This document shows positions 11,112 through 21,190 of a DNA stretch of 64,000 nt, piece by piece (positions within the stretch are counted from its first letter, which is position 1; each line of letters starts with the position of its first letter). The translations under genes were made by a program, and so were the position numbers. Origin of the DNA: Candidatus Heimdallarchaeota archaeon (GTDB lineage Archaea; Asgardarchaeota; Heimdallarchaeia; JABLTI01); NCBI GenBank assembly GCA_019058275.1, contig JAHLVW010000053.1, positions 33,361-97,360 on the forward strand, given 5' to 3'. The notes under the pieces are model-generated. The model made no database searches and was not told the DNA's origin. It worked only from the letters and a program-made list of their open reading frames with translations.

Positions 11112-11236
11112 TGGAGAAATAAAAAGAACCTAGCTGTTAAGCAACTAGATAGCTTAATCATAAGCAAGAAAAATTTTTAAATTTGTACCAAAAAGTACAA
11201 TTAATTGATAGTTAATCAATTCATTAAGTTAAGTGA

Positions 11237-12274
11237 GTGGATTTTTTGGCTCCGTTAAAAGTTGGTTTACCAAGAGCGTTAGTGCACTACAAATTTTTCA
11301 CCTTGTGGGAAACTTTCTTTGCAGAATTAGGCGCAGAAGTTATTGTTTCTCCTGAAACTAATAAAAAAATTCGCGAAATGGCTATTAGAGCTGCACCTGA
11401 TGAAGATTGTTATTCTACAAAACTTTACTTTGGTCATGTACTTGCTTTGAAAGATCAAGTTGACTATTTGTTTATTCCTCGTTTTGGGAGTAATCACAAA
11501 ATAAACGTTGGTTGTCCAAAATTCTTAGGACTTGCAGAAGTTTTACGATCAATATTCCCTGATTTACCACCAATAATTCGACCATACTATTCAAAGGCAA
11601 AAAGTGGTCACAAAAATATTCGTCTCTTGTTTATCGCCTTTTCTGTAGGTTATAAATTTACGAAGAACCCCTTCAAAATTTTACATGCTTTCCGGAAATC
11701 AGTTAAGGCCTATAAAAAATACAAAAAGAATCTAATTATTGATGAAAATACCCTTCACCAATGGGAACATTCAGAAGAAGTTCTTAATGATCGCCCCATT
11801 TTAACAGATAACGAGAAACCGCTTAAAATTGCTCTAGTAGGCCATTGCTATGTAATAAATGATGGTTATGCATCATTAGATATCAGAAAAAAACTATGTG
11901 AACTCGGAGCTGATGTTATTACTTCAGAACAAATGCCACGAAACATTATTGAGCAATATATGGAAACACTTGATTTCAATATGTATTTTGATTACGAGAG
12001 AGAAATACTTGGAACAATTATGCATTTCCTCGAATCGAAAACAGTTGACGGGATAATTCACTTAATGATTTTTGGATGTGGACCTGACTCCATAGTGGGA
12101 GAAATGGCTGCAAGATTCTATAAAAGAAAACCAGAAACCCTATTATTACAATTAGTGCTAGATGACCTAACAGCAGAAGCTGGTTTACGTACAAGAATAG
12201 AAGCTTTTATTGATATGATAAAAAGGAGAGAAAAAAAAGTTGCCATTCACCTTCCCACACTTCGGATCTCTTAA
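11237..12274 (+). CDS. DUF2229 / acyl-CoA dehydratase activase-related Fe-S subunit, copy 1
   Basis: VGLPRAL, DEDCYSTKLYFGH, GCPKFLG, FGCGPDS, AGLRTRIEAFID. Confidence 0.85.
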   Translation: MDFLAPLKVGLPRALVHYKFFTLWETFFAELGAEVIVSPETNKKIREMAIRAAPDEDCYSTKLYFGHVLALKDQVDYLFIPRFGSNHKINVGCPKFLGLAEVLRSIFPDLPPIIRPYYSKAKSGHKNIRLLFIAFSVGYKFTKNPFKILHAFRKSVKAYKKYKKNLIIDENTLHQWEHSEEVLNDRPILTDNEKPLKIALVGHCYVINDGYASLDIRKKLCELGADVITSEQMPRNIIEQYMETLDFNMYFDYEREILGTIMHFLESKTVDGIIHLMIFGCGPDSIVGEMAARFYKRKPETLLLQLVLDDLTAEAGLRTRIEAFIDMIKRREKKVAIHLPTLRIS

Positions 12275-13331
12275 GTACGTGTTCAAAGTATTATTGAACG
12301 AATTGGGACGTTTTGATTTAATCATGCCTACTAAACCAAATAAGAAAACAGCTCAATTAGGAGCAATTCATTCTCCAGAATTCATTTGTACCCCATTTAA
12401 AATAACTCTTGGTACTTTCATAGAGGGATTGGAAAGAGGAGCAACGGAGCTAGGTATGGGGGGTTGCAATGCTTATTGCCGTTTTGGTTATTATTGGCCT
12501 GTACAAAAACTCATTCTCGAAGATTTAGGATACGATTTCAAATTTATAGCTCTAAACTACGAGTCTCCAAAAGAAATAATTCAAGTGATTAAAAAAGAAA
12601 TAAGTCCAGATTTGAACCTACTTCAAATAATAAGAGCATTTAGAATCATGTGGTTAAAAAATCGTTTAACCGATTTAGTTGACAAATTAATCTACAAATA
12701 TAGAGCTATTGAAACTACGAAAGGAAGCACAGAAAGAGTAGCCCAAAAAGCTTTCAACATGATAGTTGAATTAAAAGGTATTCGAAATATAAAGAGGTCA
12801 ACTAGAACATTACCACAAATGTTTGAAAATGAAATTGACTATGATAAAAAAGCTAATCCTTTGAAAGTTTGTGTTAATGGAGAAATCTATGTTGTTTTAG
12901 AACCCTCATTGAACTTAGATATTATGAAAAGATTGAATGAAATTGGTGTTCATGTTGAAACTCCGATTAGTCTGGGAAGATACATTGATGTTGGTGTAAA
13001 ACTGAATCCTTTCAAGAAATTTCATTCTCAACATTCAGTAGCTGCAGCAAAACCTTACGTCGAACATCGCTGTGGAGGAGAAACACAAGAAAATCTTGGA
13101 GACGTAATCATGTACAAAAAAGAAGGGTGGGATGGGATAATTCATCTTTATCCTTTTACTTGTATGCCTGAAATAATCTCGAGGAGCATTTTCCCACAGT
13201 TAAGTAAGAAATATGACATGCCAGTCATGTCTCTAGTTTTAGACGAACAAACAGCTGAAGCTGGTTTACAAACAAGATTAGAGGCTTTTATTGATCTTCT
13301 AGCTCGGAAAAGGGATGCAAATGGGAATTAA
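12240..13331 (+). CDS. 2-hydroxyacyl-CoA dehydratase-like (PlsR-like) subunit, copy 1
   Basis: SPEFICTPFK, CRFGYY, GEIYVVLEP, PFTCMPE, DEQTAEAGLQTRLEAF. Confidence 0.85.
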   Translation: MPFTFPHFGSLKYVFKVLLNELGRFDLIMPTKPNKKTAQLGAIHSPEFICTPFKITLGTFIEGLERGATELGMGGCNAYCRFGYYWPVQKLILEDLGYDFKFIALNYESPKEIIQVIKKEISPDLNLLQIIRAFRIMWLKNRLTDLVDKLIYKYRAIETTKGSTERVAQKAFNMIVELKGIRNIKRSTRTLPQMFENEIDYDKKANPLKVCVNGEIYVVLEPSLNLDIMKRLNEIGVHVETPISLGRYIDVGVKLNPFKKFHSQHSVAAAKPYVEHRCGGETQENLGDVIMYKKEGWDGIIHLYPFTCMPEIISRSIFPQLSKKYDMPVMSLVLDEQTAEAGLQTRLEAFIDLLARKRDANGN

Positions 13332-13355
13332 AACAGCAAAATGAGGAGATAAAAT

Positions 13356-14320
13356 ATGATTAAAAACAATAGAGAATATTATCTTGGTGTGGATGTTGGT
13401 TCAATTAGTACCAATTTAGCACTTATTGATAAAGATCGTGAATTATATGAATCAGTTTACATTCAAACAGAAGGTCGACCTGTAAATTCGGTTCAAAAAG
13501 GTATAACTCTACTTAGAGAAAAAACATAAAAATTTCTGAAGCAGAAGCGACAAGCAGTGCACGTCAATTAACAGGAGTAGTGATTGGTGCAGACATCGTA
13601 AAAAATGAAATTACTGCTCATGCATTGGCTTCTTTGCATTATCATCCTGATATACAAACAATTATTGAAATTGGTGGTCAAGATAGTAAAATAATCATCA
13701 TTCGTGATGGTGTAGCAGTTGATTTTGCTATGAATACTGTTTGTGCAGCAGGAACAGGCTCCTTCCTTGATATGCAAGCAACAAGATTAGATATCCCAAT
13801 AGAGAATTTTGGTGATTTAGCTTTGAAATCAGAATCATCTGTTTAAATAGCTGGTCGATGTACTGTATTTGCAGAAAGTGATATGATCCATAAGCAACAA
13901 TTAGGTCATCCTACAGAAGATATCATCAAAGGTTTGTGTGAAGCATTAGCAAGAAATTACCTTAATAATGTTGGTAAGGGTAAAGATATTAAACCACTTA
14001 TTATGTTCCAAGGAGGAGTTGCTTCAAATATAGGTATGCGAGTTGCATTCAAGAAATACCTCGAAGAAGATATTATAGTTCCAGAACATTATGATGTAAT
14101 GGGAGCAATAAGGGCAGCTATTCTAGCTTTAGAAGATATGACAAAAAATCCTCATGAATCTTTATTTTATGGTTGGGATATTCCAGAAATGTCTTTTCAA
14201 ACAACTGGTTTTGAATGTGAAGGATGTCTCAATGTTTGTGAAATAGTTGAGATTAAAAAAAATAATGAATTAGTAGCTCGTTGGGGTAGTAGATGTGGTA
14301 AGTGGGATTTAGCTGATTAG
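13356..14320 (+). pseudogene. Acyl-CoA dehydratase activase (HgdC/BcrAD-BadFG ASKHA Fe-S ATPase), disrupted
   Basis: LGVDVGSIST, EIGGQDSK, CAAGTGSFLD, AGRCTVFAESD, FQGGVA; frameshift at about 13520-13530 and in-frame TAA at 13844. Confidence 0.9.
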
Positions 14321-14404
14321 TTAATAATTCACTTCCTTTTTTCTCATTCTATAATGCTCAATCCTTAATATAAAATATGAACTTTGTTTTAGTGGTGACT
14401 AGAT

Positions 14405-14566
14405 TTGAAGAACTATGATATAATAGCAATTGGAACTGGTTCGTCTATGAACATCGTTCCTACATTACTTAATTCCAACCCGGATTTGAAAATTGCAGTA
14501 ATTGATAAGGATGAACCTGGTGGGATTTGTTTAACTAAGGGGTGCATTGCAACAAAGATTTTGTAA
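14405..14566 (+). pseudogene. 5' remnant of dihydrolipoyl dehydrogenase-like gene (paralog of 17168)
   Basis: YDIIAIGTGSSMN..AVIDKDEPGGICLTKGCIATKIL* matches the N-terminus of the 17168 gene. Confidence 0.92.
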
Positions 14567-14711
14567 ATCCATATTGCATACGATACAGCTGTCTGACTAG
14601 AAATTTTGGTACTTTCCAAAGAGTTCTAATTGTATCCTTTTTTTCCTTAGTTTAATTAAGCTCTATTTTTTCATCATTCTGTTCACTTTTTTTAGAGGTT
14701 TCTTTTGTCAT
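14567..14711 (-). pseudogene. 5' remnant of an unknown divergent gene
   Basis: GGAGA RBS, then MTKETSKKSEQNDEKIELN*TKEKKDTIRTLWKVPKFLVRQLYRMQYGF running into the lpd remnant. Confidence 0.4.
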
Positions 14712-14771
14712 AATTTAATTCTCCCATACTTGTAATTATTAACTGAAGCAATTGAGAAATATCTTATCTAC

Positions 14772-14811
14772 CAAGAATTTATTATTAAATTATATAGGGA
14801 TTTCTATTTTA
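14772..14811. repeat. 40-bp conserved upstream element, copy 2
   Basis: 39/40 identical to 11072-11111. Confidence 0.9.
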
Positions 14812-14942
14812 CAGATAAATAAAAATCATGTAGTCGAACAACGACTAAAGAGAGTAATCATAGATTACATCAAAAAAGAAAGAAAAAGATATCAATAAGT
14901 AATATATAATACAAATATTGAGATTATCAAATTCGAGGTGGG

Positions 14943-15974
14943 ATGTTTATGTCTCACAAAATTGGAATACCAAAAGCATTAATTTACTATAAATTTGCTC
15001 CAATGTGGAGAACATTTTTTGAAGAACTGGGATTGGAAGTTATCATTTCACCAGAAACAACGAAAAAGATTAGAGAATTAGCAATTAGCTCAGCTCCAGA
15101 TGAGGATTGTTATACAACAAAGTTATACTTTGGGCATACAATGTATTTGAAAAATAAAGTGGATTTTTTATTCATTCCTCGTTTTGGTAGTAAACATAAA
15201 ACAGATATTGGTTGCCCAAAATTCATTGGTCTAGCTGATGTTTTACGTTCGATGTATTCAGATTTACCAGAAATTATTATGCCTCACTTTAATATTGCAA
15301 AAGGTAGGGACAATAAAATATCATTCTTTATCAAGGCATATTTAGTAGGATTAAGATTTACTAAAAATCCTATAAAAATAATTCAAGCATTTAGAAAGGC
15401 TATGATTGCATATAAACAATACAAAAAACAGTTAATTGTAGATATTGAAACTCTAAGCAGATGGGAACAATCAGAAATTATGGTTAACGATTTTCCTATA
15501 CTAAAGAAAGATGAAAAACCATTGAAAATAGCTCTAGTAGGGCATTCCTATGTTATTAATGATTCTTATTGCTCATTAGATATTCGTAACAAACTAAGGG
15601 AACTTGGAGTTGATATTATCACTTCGGAGCAAATGCCACGAGAGTTGATAGAAGAACAATTAGCAGAACACGAAGCAAATTTATATTTTGAATTCGAACG
15701 AGAAATTCTTGGAACAATTCTTTATTTCATTAACAATAAAACAATTGATGGAATTATTCATTTGATGATTTTTGGCTGTGGACCAGATTCACTTGCTGGT
15801 GAAGTAGCATCTAGATTCTCAAGACGTAATCCTGTTGTACCATTATTACAGCTTGTTATTGATGATCTAACAGCTGAAACAGGATTGAAAACTCGAATTG
15901 AAGCTTTTATCGATATGTTAAGACGGAGGGATAGTAGCTTTGCCTTTCAGTTACCCGCACTTCGGATCACTTAA
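14943..15974 (+). CDS. DUF2229 / acyl-CoA dehydratase activase-related Fe-S subunit, copy 2
   Basis: Collinear paralog of 11237 with the same Cys motifs. Confidence 0.85.
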   Translation: MFMSHKIGIPKALIYYKFAPMWRTFFEELGLEVIISPETTKKIRELAISSAPDEDCYTTKLYFGHTMYLKNKVDFLFIPRFGSKHKTDIGCPKFIGLADVLRSMYSDLPEIIMPHFNIAKGRDNKISFFIKAYLVGLRFTKNPIKIIQAFRKAMIAYKQYKKQLIVDIETLSRWEQSEIMVNDFPILKKDEKPLKIALVGHSYVINDSYCSLDIRNKLRELGVDIITSEQMPRELIEEQLAEHEANLYFEFEREILGTILYFINNKTIDGIIHLMIFGCGPDSLAGEVASRFSRRNPVVPLLQLVIDDLTAETGLKTRIEAFIDMLRRRDSSFAFQLPALRIT

Positions 15975-17043
15975 TTACATTTTTGAAGTGATCTTTAGGG
16001 AAATTGGTAGAAATGATTTAATAATACCCAATAAACCAAGCAAAAAAACAATTCAATTAGGAGCAAGATATTCACCAGAATTTGTTTGTACACCATTTAA
16101 AATGACTCTTGGTACTTTTATTGAAAGTTTAAATAGAGGTGCAACAGAATTAGGAATGGGTGGAGGTAATGGTTATTGTCGTTTTAGGTATTATTGGTTT
16201 GTCCAAAAACTAATACTAGAAGACCTTGGTTATGATTGTAAATTTGTAACTTTTGATTATGAAGATCCTTTACAACTTTTGAGAACTTTCAAGAATGCAG
16301 GAAAAGATGTCAATTATTTGCAAACATTTAGAGCATTCAGATATGCCTGGGTAAAAAATAGGTTAACAGATAAAGTAGATGAATTGCTTTACAAATATAG
16401 AACAATAGAATCTGAAAAAGGAGTATCCGAAAAATTTGCAGAGAAATTATATCGAGACATAGTCGAAATTAAAGGATTTAGAAATTGTCGAAAATTCCTT
16501 AGAAATTTACCTGAAATATTCGAACAAGAGATTGATGTGATAAGAGATACTGACCCATTAAAAATAGCAATAAATGGTGAAGTCTATGTTGTTTTAGAAC
16601 CAGCATTAAATCTGGACATAAACAAGAGGTTGAATGAACTTGGAGTCATTACTAAAGCAACAGTAACATTAAGAAAATTTCTTGATATTGGACAAAGATT
16701 GAATCCATTCTATAAAATGGAACATGAAAAAGCAATAAAATATTCACGTAAGTATGTACCATATAACATTGGTGGCGAAACTCGCGAAAACCTTGGAGAT
16801 GTAATTTTATATAAAAAGAAGGGTTGGGATGGGTTGATTCATCTTTACCCATTTACTTGCATGCCTGAAATAATTACTCGCAGCATTTTTCCCCAAGTAA
16901 GTAGGGATTATGATATGCCTGTTTTGTCGTTGGTTTTAGATGAACACACTGGAGAAGCGGGTTATCAGACAAGACTTGAGGCATTTGTTGATTTGCTAAA
17001 ACGAAGAAGAGATATTTTGCGAGAGAAGAAAAGATTAACATAA
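15940..17043 (+). CDS. 2-hydroxyacyl-CoA dehydratase-like (PlsR-like) subunit, copy 2
   Basis: Collinear paralog of 12240; PFTCMPE, DEHTGEAGYQTRLEAF. Confidence 0.85.
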   Translation: MPFSYPHFGSLNYIFEVIFREIGRNDLIIPNKPSKKTIQLGARYSPEFVCTPFKMTLGTFIESLNRGATELGMGGGNGYCRFRYYWFVQKLILEDLGYDCKFVTFDYEDPLQLLRTFKNAGKDVNYLQTFRAFRYAWVKNRLTDKVDELLYKYRTIESEKGVSEKFAEKLYRDIVEIKGFRNCRKFLRNLPEIFEQEIDVIRDTDPLKIAINGEVYVVLEPALNLDINKRLNELGVITKATVTLRKFLDIGQRLNPFYKMEHEKAIKYSRKYVPYNIGGETRENLGDVILYKKKGWDGLIHLYPFTCMPEIITRSIFPQVSRDYDMPVLSLVLDEHTGEAGYQTRLEAFVDLLKRRRDILREKKRLT

Positions 17044-17167
17044 TTTTTTTAAGAGAAAAAGTAGCAGTTTTTGTCTTTCAGTTTAAGCTTTTATTTTATT
17101 TTTTTCTCATATTCTAATACTTAATACTTAATATAAGTACTATTAATCATGAATTGGAGATGAAATC

Positions 17168-18601
17168 ATGAAAGAGTATGATATAATAGCTTTTGGAACT
17201 GGTTCTGCAATGAATATTGTTTCAGCAGTTTTGGGAGCTAAACCCGAATTAAAAGTTGCTGTAATTGATAAGGATGAACCTGGGGGTATTTGTTTAACAA
17301 AGGGATGTATTCCAACAAAGATTTTACTTTATCCCTCAGAAATTATTAGAACAATTCAGAGGGCTAGTAATTTTGGTATAGATGTTGATTTAAGGAAAGT
17401 TGATTTCAAATTTGTGATGGAAAGAATGCGATCACTTATTGGACATGATATGAGCAATATCAGTCAGGGATTATCTCAAACAGAGGAATTAGATTATTAT
17501 AAAGATATGGCAGAATTCATAGGACCTTATACGCTAAAAGTTGGAGATGAGAAGATAAAAGGGAAAATGATTCTTCTCTGTACGGGTTCTAAACCAAAGA
17601 TTCCTAAAATTAAGGGATTAGAAGAGATCGATTACCATACAAGTGACAGTATACTACAGATTAGTGAATTACCAAAAACAATTGGTATTGTTGGAGGAGG
17701 ATATATTGCAGCTGAATATGGTCATTTCTTTTCTACAATGGGATCAAAAGTATCAATCATTGGAAGAAATCCCCAATTTTTACCTCAAGAGGAACCTGAA
17801 GTTTCTGCATTAGCCAAAAAAGAACTGAGCAAACACATGGAGATAAGAACTAATGCTGAAGTTAAAGTAATTGAAAAAACAGCTGATGGGAAAAAGAAAA
17901 TTATCTCTACAAACCGAGATACTAATGAAACAATCGAATTAATAGTAGATGAAGTTTTCATAGCAGCTGGAAGAAGTTCAAATTCAGACATTCTTCATCC
18001 CGAAAAAAGTGGTATTAAGACTGACAAAGATGGTTGGATTATAGTTAATGAATTTCTTGAGACAACAAAACAAAATATCTGGGCTTTTGGTGATGCAAAT
18101 GGTAAATTCCTATTCAAACATGCTGCAAATTATGAAAGTCAGATTGTTTATTATAATGCAGTTCAAGAACAAGAAAATAAAGTAAGCTACCACGCCATAC
18201 CCCATGCAGTTTTCACAGATCCAGAAGTTGCTGGTGTTGGTCTTAGAGAAGCTGAAGCAATAGAGCAATTCGGTATCAAAGATGTCATTATTGGTTTCCA
18301 AAGATACCAAGATACAGCCAAAGGAATGGCTATGGATGTAGAAGATTTCTTTGTAAAGATAATTGTTCAGCGTGAAACTATGGAAATTTTAGGAGCACAC
18401 ATAATTGGTCCACAAGCATCAGTTTTAATTCAAGAAGTTATCAACTTGATGTATACTAATGATAGAAGTGTTTTGCCATTAATGCGAGGAATGCATATTC
18501 ATCCTGCTTTAAACGAAGTTGTGGAAAGAGCAGCTGGAAATCTAATGACTGTCGATCATTATCATCATCTATTAGAGCAAATGGGTTTGAGTGTTGATTA
18601 A
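17168..18601 (+). CDS. Dihydrolipoyl dehydrogenase / mycothione-reductase-like pyridine nucleotide-disulfide oxidoreductase
   Basis: Redox disulfide GGICLTKGCIPTK, GGGYIAAE, HIHPALNE. Confidence 0.9.
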   Translation: MKEYDIIAFGTGSAMNIVSAVLGAKPELKVAVIDKDEPGGICLTKGCIPTKILLYPSEIIRTIQRASNFGIDVDLRKVDFKFVMERMRSLIGHDMSNISQGLSQTEELDYYKDMAEFIGPYTLKVGDEKIKGKMILLCTGSKPKIPKIKGLEEIDYHTSDSILQISELPKTIGIVGGGYIAAEYGHFFSTMGSKVSIIGRNPQFLPQEEPEVSALAKKELSKHMEIRTNAEVKVIEKTADGKKKIISTNRDTNETIELIVDEVFIAAGRSSNSDILHPEKSGIKTDKDGWIIVNEFLETTKQNIWAFGDANGKFLFKHAANYESQIVYYNAVQEQENKVSYHAIPHAVFTDPEVAGVGLREAEAIEQFGIKDVIIGFQRYQDTAKGMAMDVEDFFVKIIVQRETMEILGAHIIGPQASVLIQEVINLMYTNDRSVLPLMRGMHIHPALNEVVERAAGNLMTVDHYHHLLEQMGLSVD

Positions 18602-18685
18602 CCAAAAACTCATCCTACAATTAGCTTATAAGTATTAATGAAAACATTTTAAGAATGGATAAATCACTACATCGAGAGGATAAAA

Positions 18686-19672
18686 ATGAGCGAAACTACT
18701 CCAATAGACACAGAGCTGAAAACAATCTTAACAAAAGAATATCGTTGGTCTACTTATTCATTTCTTGTTAATTTAGCTAGTTTTTCTACCCTAACTGTTT
18801 TGATTTGTGTGCTTATGCAAATGCACAAAATAGTACCTGATGGACATCCAGAATTAGAAAGTTGGATAATTATTGTCGTTGGAGTATCTTTAGAAGTTTT
18901 CTTTGCAGGTTTATCAGCATTAGATGCTTACAGACGAAATCCCAGTGATAGGAATATTAATTCACGAATCTTTAATTTACCTGTTTTTTCAATTGCCGCA
19001 ATTATAATAGCAGTAATCTTTTGGGGACAAGACATACAACTAACAATAGTCTATGGAGGAATATGTGGTGGTTTTGCAGGATACCTAGCTGGGGGATTGG
19101 CTTATGCTAATTTCTTTATCCATATCAAAGATATTGTTTACAGAACAATTTTTGGAGGTTGGGTCGGAACTTTCCTAGGAGCTATTTTTGGAGCACTCAT
19201 AGCTGGATTAGTGGATCCAGTTTTTGGCGAGGGTTTTGGAGGGATTTTCATGGGCTTTTGGGGAGGAGCTATTGTATCAGGACCAATTGCCACAGCACTG
19301 CTTTATTACCTAAAAGATAAGAAAAAATTCACTGATTTCTTTTCAAAAGTACAATATGATGGACCAATTAGAGAATTAAGAAAAGATCTTGTTATTTATT
19401 TTGAATCAAATTCAAAAATCAAAGAATTACATTTGAAAGACACAGTTTTGTATCAAGAGATAGTTGAGAAAGATGTAAAACTAAAAGATGAATCAGATAA
19501 GACAAATTGGAATAAACTATTGCGTGGTCTGTTGTTCATTCTTTTCTTAATTAGTCCATGGTTAATTCGAGACGAAGCTCAGAGAATTATAGATAATAAT
19601 CTAATAGTCGATTTTGCACTTGAAAATACTATTTTGACTCGAGAAGAAGATATTGTTAAAAAAGCAGAATGA
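18686..19672 (+). CDS. Hypothetical multi-pass membrane protein with glycine-zipper helices
   Basis: Repeated GxxxG hydrophobic segments. Confidence 0.7.
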   Translation: MSETTPIDTELKTILTKEYRWSTYSFLVNLASFSTLTVLICVLMQMHKIVPDGHPELESWIIIVVGVSLEVFFAGLSALDAYRRNPSDRNINSRIFNLPVFSIAAIIIAVIFWGQDIQLTIVYGGICGGFAGYLAGGLAYANFFIHIKDIVYRTIFGGWVGTFLGAIFGALIAGLVDPVFGEGFGGIFMGFWGGAIVSGPIATALLYYLKDKKKFTDFFSKVQYDGPIRELRKDLVIYFESNSKIKELHLKDTVLYQEIVEKDVKLKDESDKTNWNKLLRGLLFILFLISPWLIRDEAQRIIDNNLIVDFALENTILTREEDIVKKAE

Positions 19673-19738
19673 GTTTTCTTATTCATTATCCTTTTTCAAA
19701 AAGCTATATTAGTTCAACTCATTTTAGATTAAATTGAG

Positions 19739-21175
19739 TTGAATACATTGAACTTGGCAATAAAAAATACTAGATTGTTAACTTTTAAGGGAGAAAATCT
19801 TGGTATAATTGATGATGGTGCAATTGGCATTGATGGATCTAAAATCTGCTTTATTGGTGAATCCAAGAATCTAGATCAAAAGAATTATGACAAAGTAATA
19901 GATGGGTCGAAGCACGTTATTATGCCTGGTCTAGTTAACGCTCACATTCATACAGTTTTAACTATTCTGAGAGGAGGAGCTCAAGATTTACCAGAACTGC
20001 AATGGATGAATAAAGGGATAGGACCAATTTCAAAACATATGAAATCTGAAGATTTCATTGTAGGAGCAAAACTTGGTGTGTTAGAGGGATTAAAATCAGG
20101 CACAACAACTTTTGCTGAATATACAAGTAATGTTTCAATTTTAGTTGAAAAGGTATTCCTTCCATTTAATGCTCGAGTTGTTGCTACTGAAACGATCAAT
20201 GAAGTAAATAGAAATAGAGCTCATTTAAAACCAACAGATATTTATGAATTCGATAAAGAGAAAGGAGAAGCAGCTTTTAAGAGAGCAAATGAATTATTTG
20301 CCAAGTATCAAAACTCAGAGCTAGTTAATTGTATGTATGGACCTCAAGCAATAGATATGATTTCTTTAGATTTATTGTCTTCAATAAGAGAAGAAGCTAT
20401 TGCTAGAAAAAGCAAAATATATGTCCATGTTGCTCAAGGTGGTAGAGAACGACTTCAAATTCAAGGTCGTTTTGGTAAAGATGCTTCTACAGTAAAAGTT
20501 CTTGATAAAAATAATTTATTAGATGAAAATTTGCTTGCAGCACACTGTCATGACACTAGTGAAGATGAAAGAGAGATTATGGTTAAGAAAGGAGTAAAAA
20601 TGGTAGGATGTCCGAGTTCAATATGCATGATTGATGGAATAGTTCCACCGGTAGGTCATTTCAATTCGTTAGGCGGAGATGTTGGTTTAGGTTCAGACCA
20701 AGCCCCTGGTCCAGGATTGCACAACATGTTTTGCGAAATGCGTACAATTAGTGTTCTTACAAAAGCTATGTTAAGAGATCCAACTGCATTGCCTGCATGG
20801 GAAGTTCTTAGAATTGCTACAGTTGGTGGAGCAAAAATCCTTGGTTTAGATAGTAAAATCGGCAGTTTAGAAGTTGGAAAGCAAGCAGATGTAATAATGG
20901 TTAACTTGAACAGTTTGAATCTTGCACCTGCAGTTCAAAAACCTTTTAGAAATTACATTCCAAACCTTGTTTATTCATCAACTGGTTATGAAGTTGATAA
21001 TGTAATAATCAATGGAAAGGAAATTATTGTAAACAAAAATTTCGTATCAATAAACCAAGAAGAGGTACTAAAAGAAGCTAATTTGAGAGCACAAAGAATT
21101 TTTGGAGATGCAACAGAAGATTGGACTAAAGCTGGTTCTCAATTAGTTAATTATGCAAAAAAGGGATTTCTTTAG
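19739..21175 (+). CDS. Amidohydrolase, MTA/SAH-deaminase-like
   Basis: MPGLVNAHIH, SGTTT, HVAQ, GLGSD, IGSLEVGKQAD. Confidence 0.9.
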   Translation: MNTLNLAIKNTRLLTFKGENLGIIDDGAIGIDGSKICFIGESKNLDQKNYDKVIDGSKHVIMPGLVNAHIHTVLTILRGGAQDLPELQWMNKGIGPISKHMKSEDFIVGAKLGVLEGLKSGTTTFAEYTSNVSILVEKVFLPFNARVVATETINEVNRNRAHLKPTDIYEFDKEKGEAAFKRANELFAKYQNSELVNCMYGPQAIDMISLDLLSSIREEAIARKSKIYVHVAQGGRERLQIQGRFGKDASTVKVLDKNNLLDENLLAAHCHDTSEDEREIMVKKGVKMVGCPSSICMIDGIVPPVGHFNSLGGDVGLGSDQAPGPGLHNMFCEMRTISVLTKAMLRDPTALPAWEVLRIATVGGAKILGLDSKIGSLEVGKQADVIMVNLNSLNLAPAVQKPFRNYIPNLVYSSTGYEVDNVIINGKEIIVNKNFVSINQEEVLKEANLRAQRIFGDATEDWTKAGSQLVNYAKKGFL

Positions 21176-21190
21176 AATAACTAATGATTA

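Noticed and set aside
11072-17168. Duplication as a mobile element
   Set aside because: No transposase, integrase or terminal inverted repeats; the copies are old and diverged
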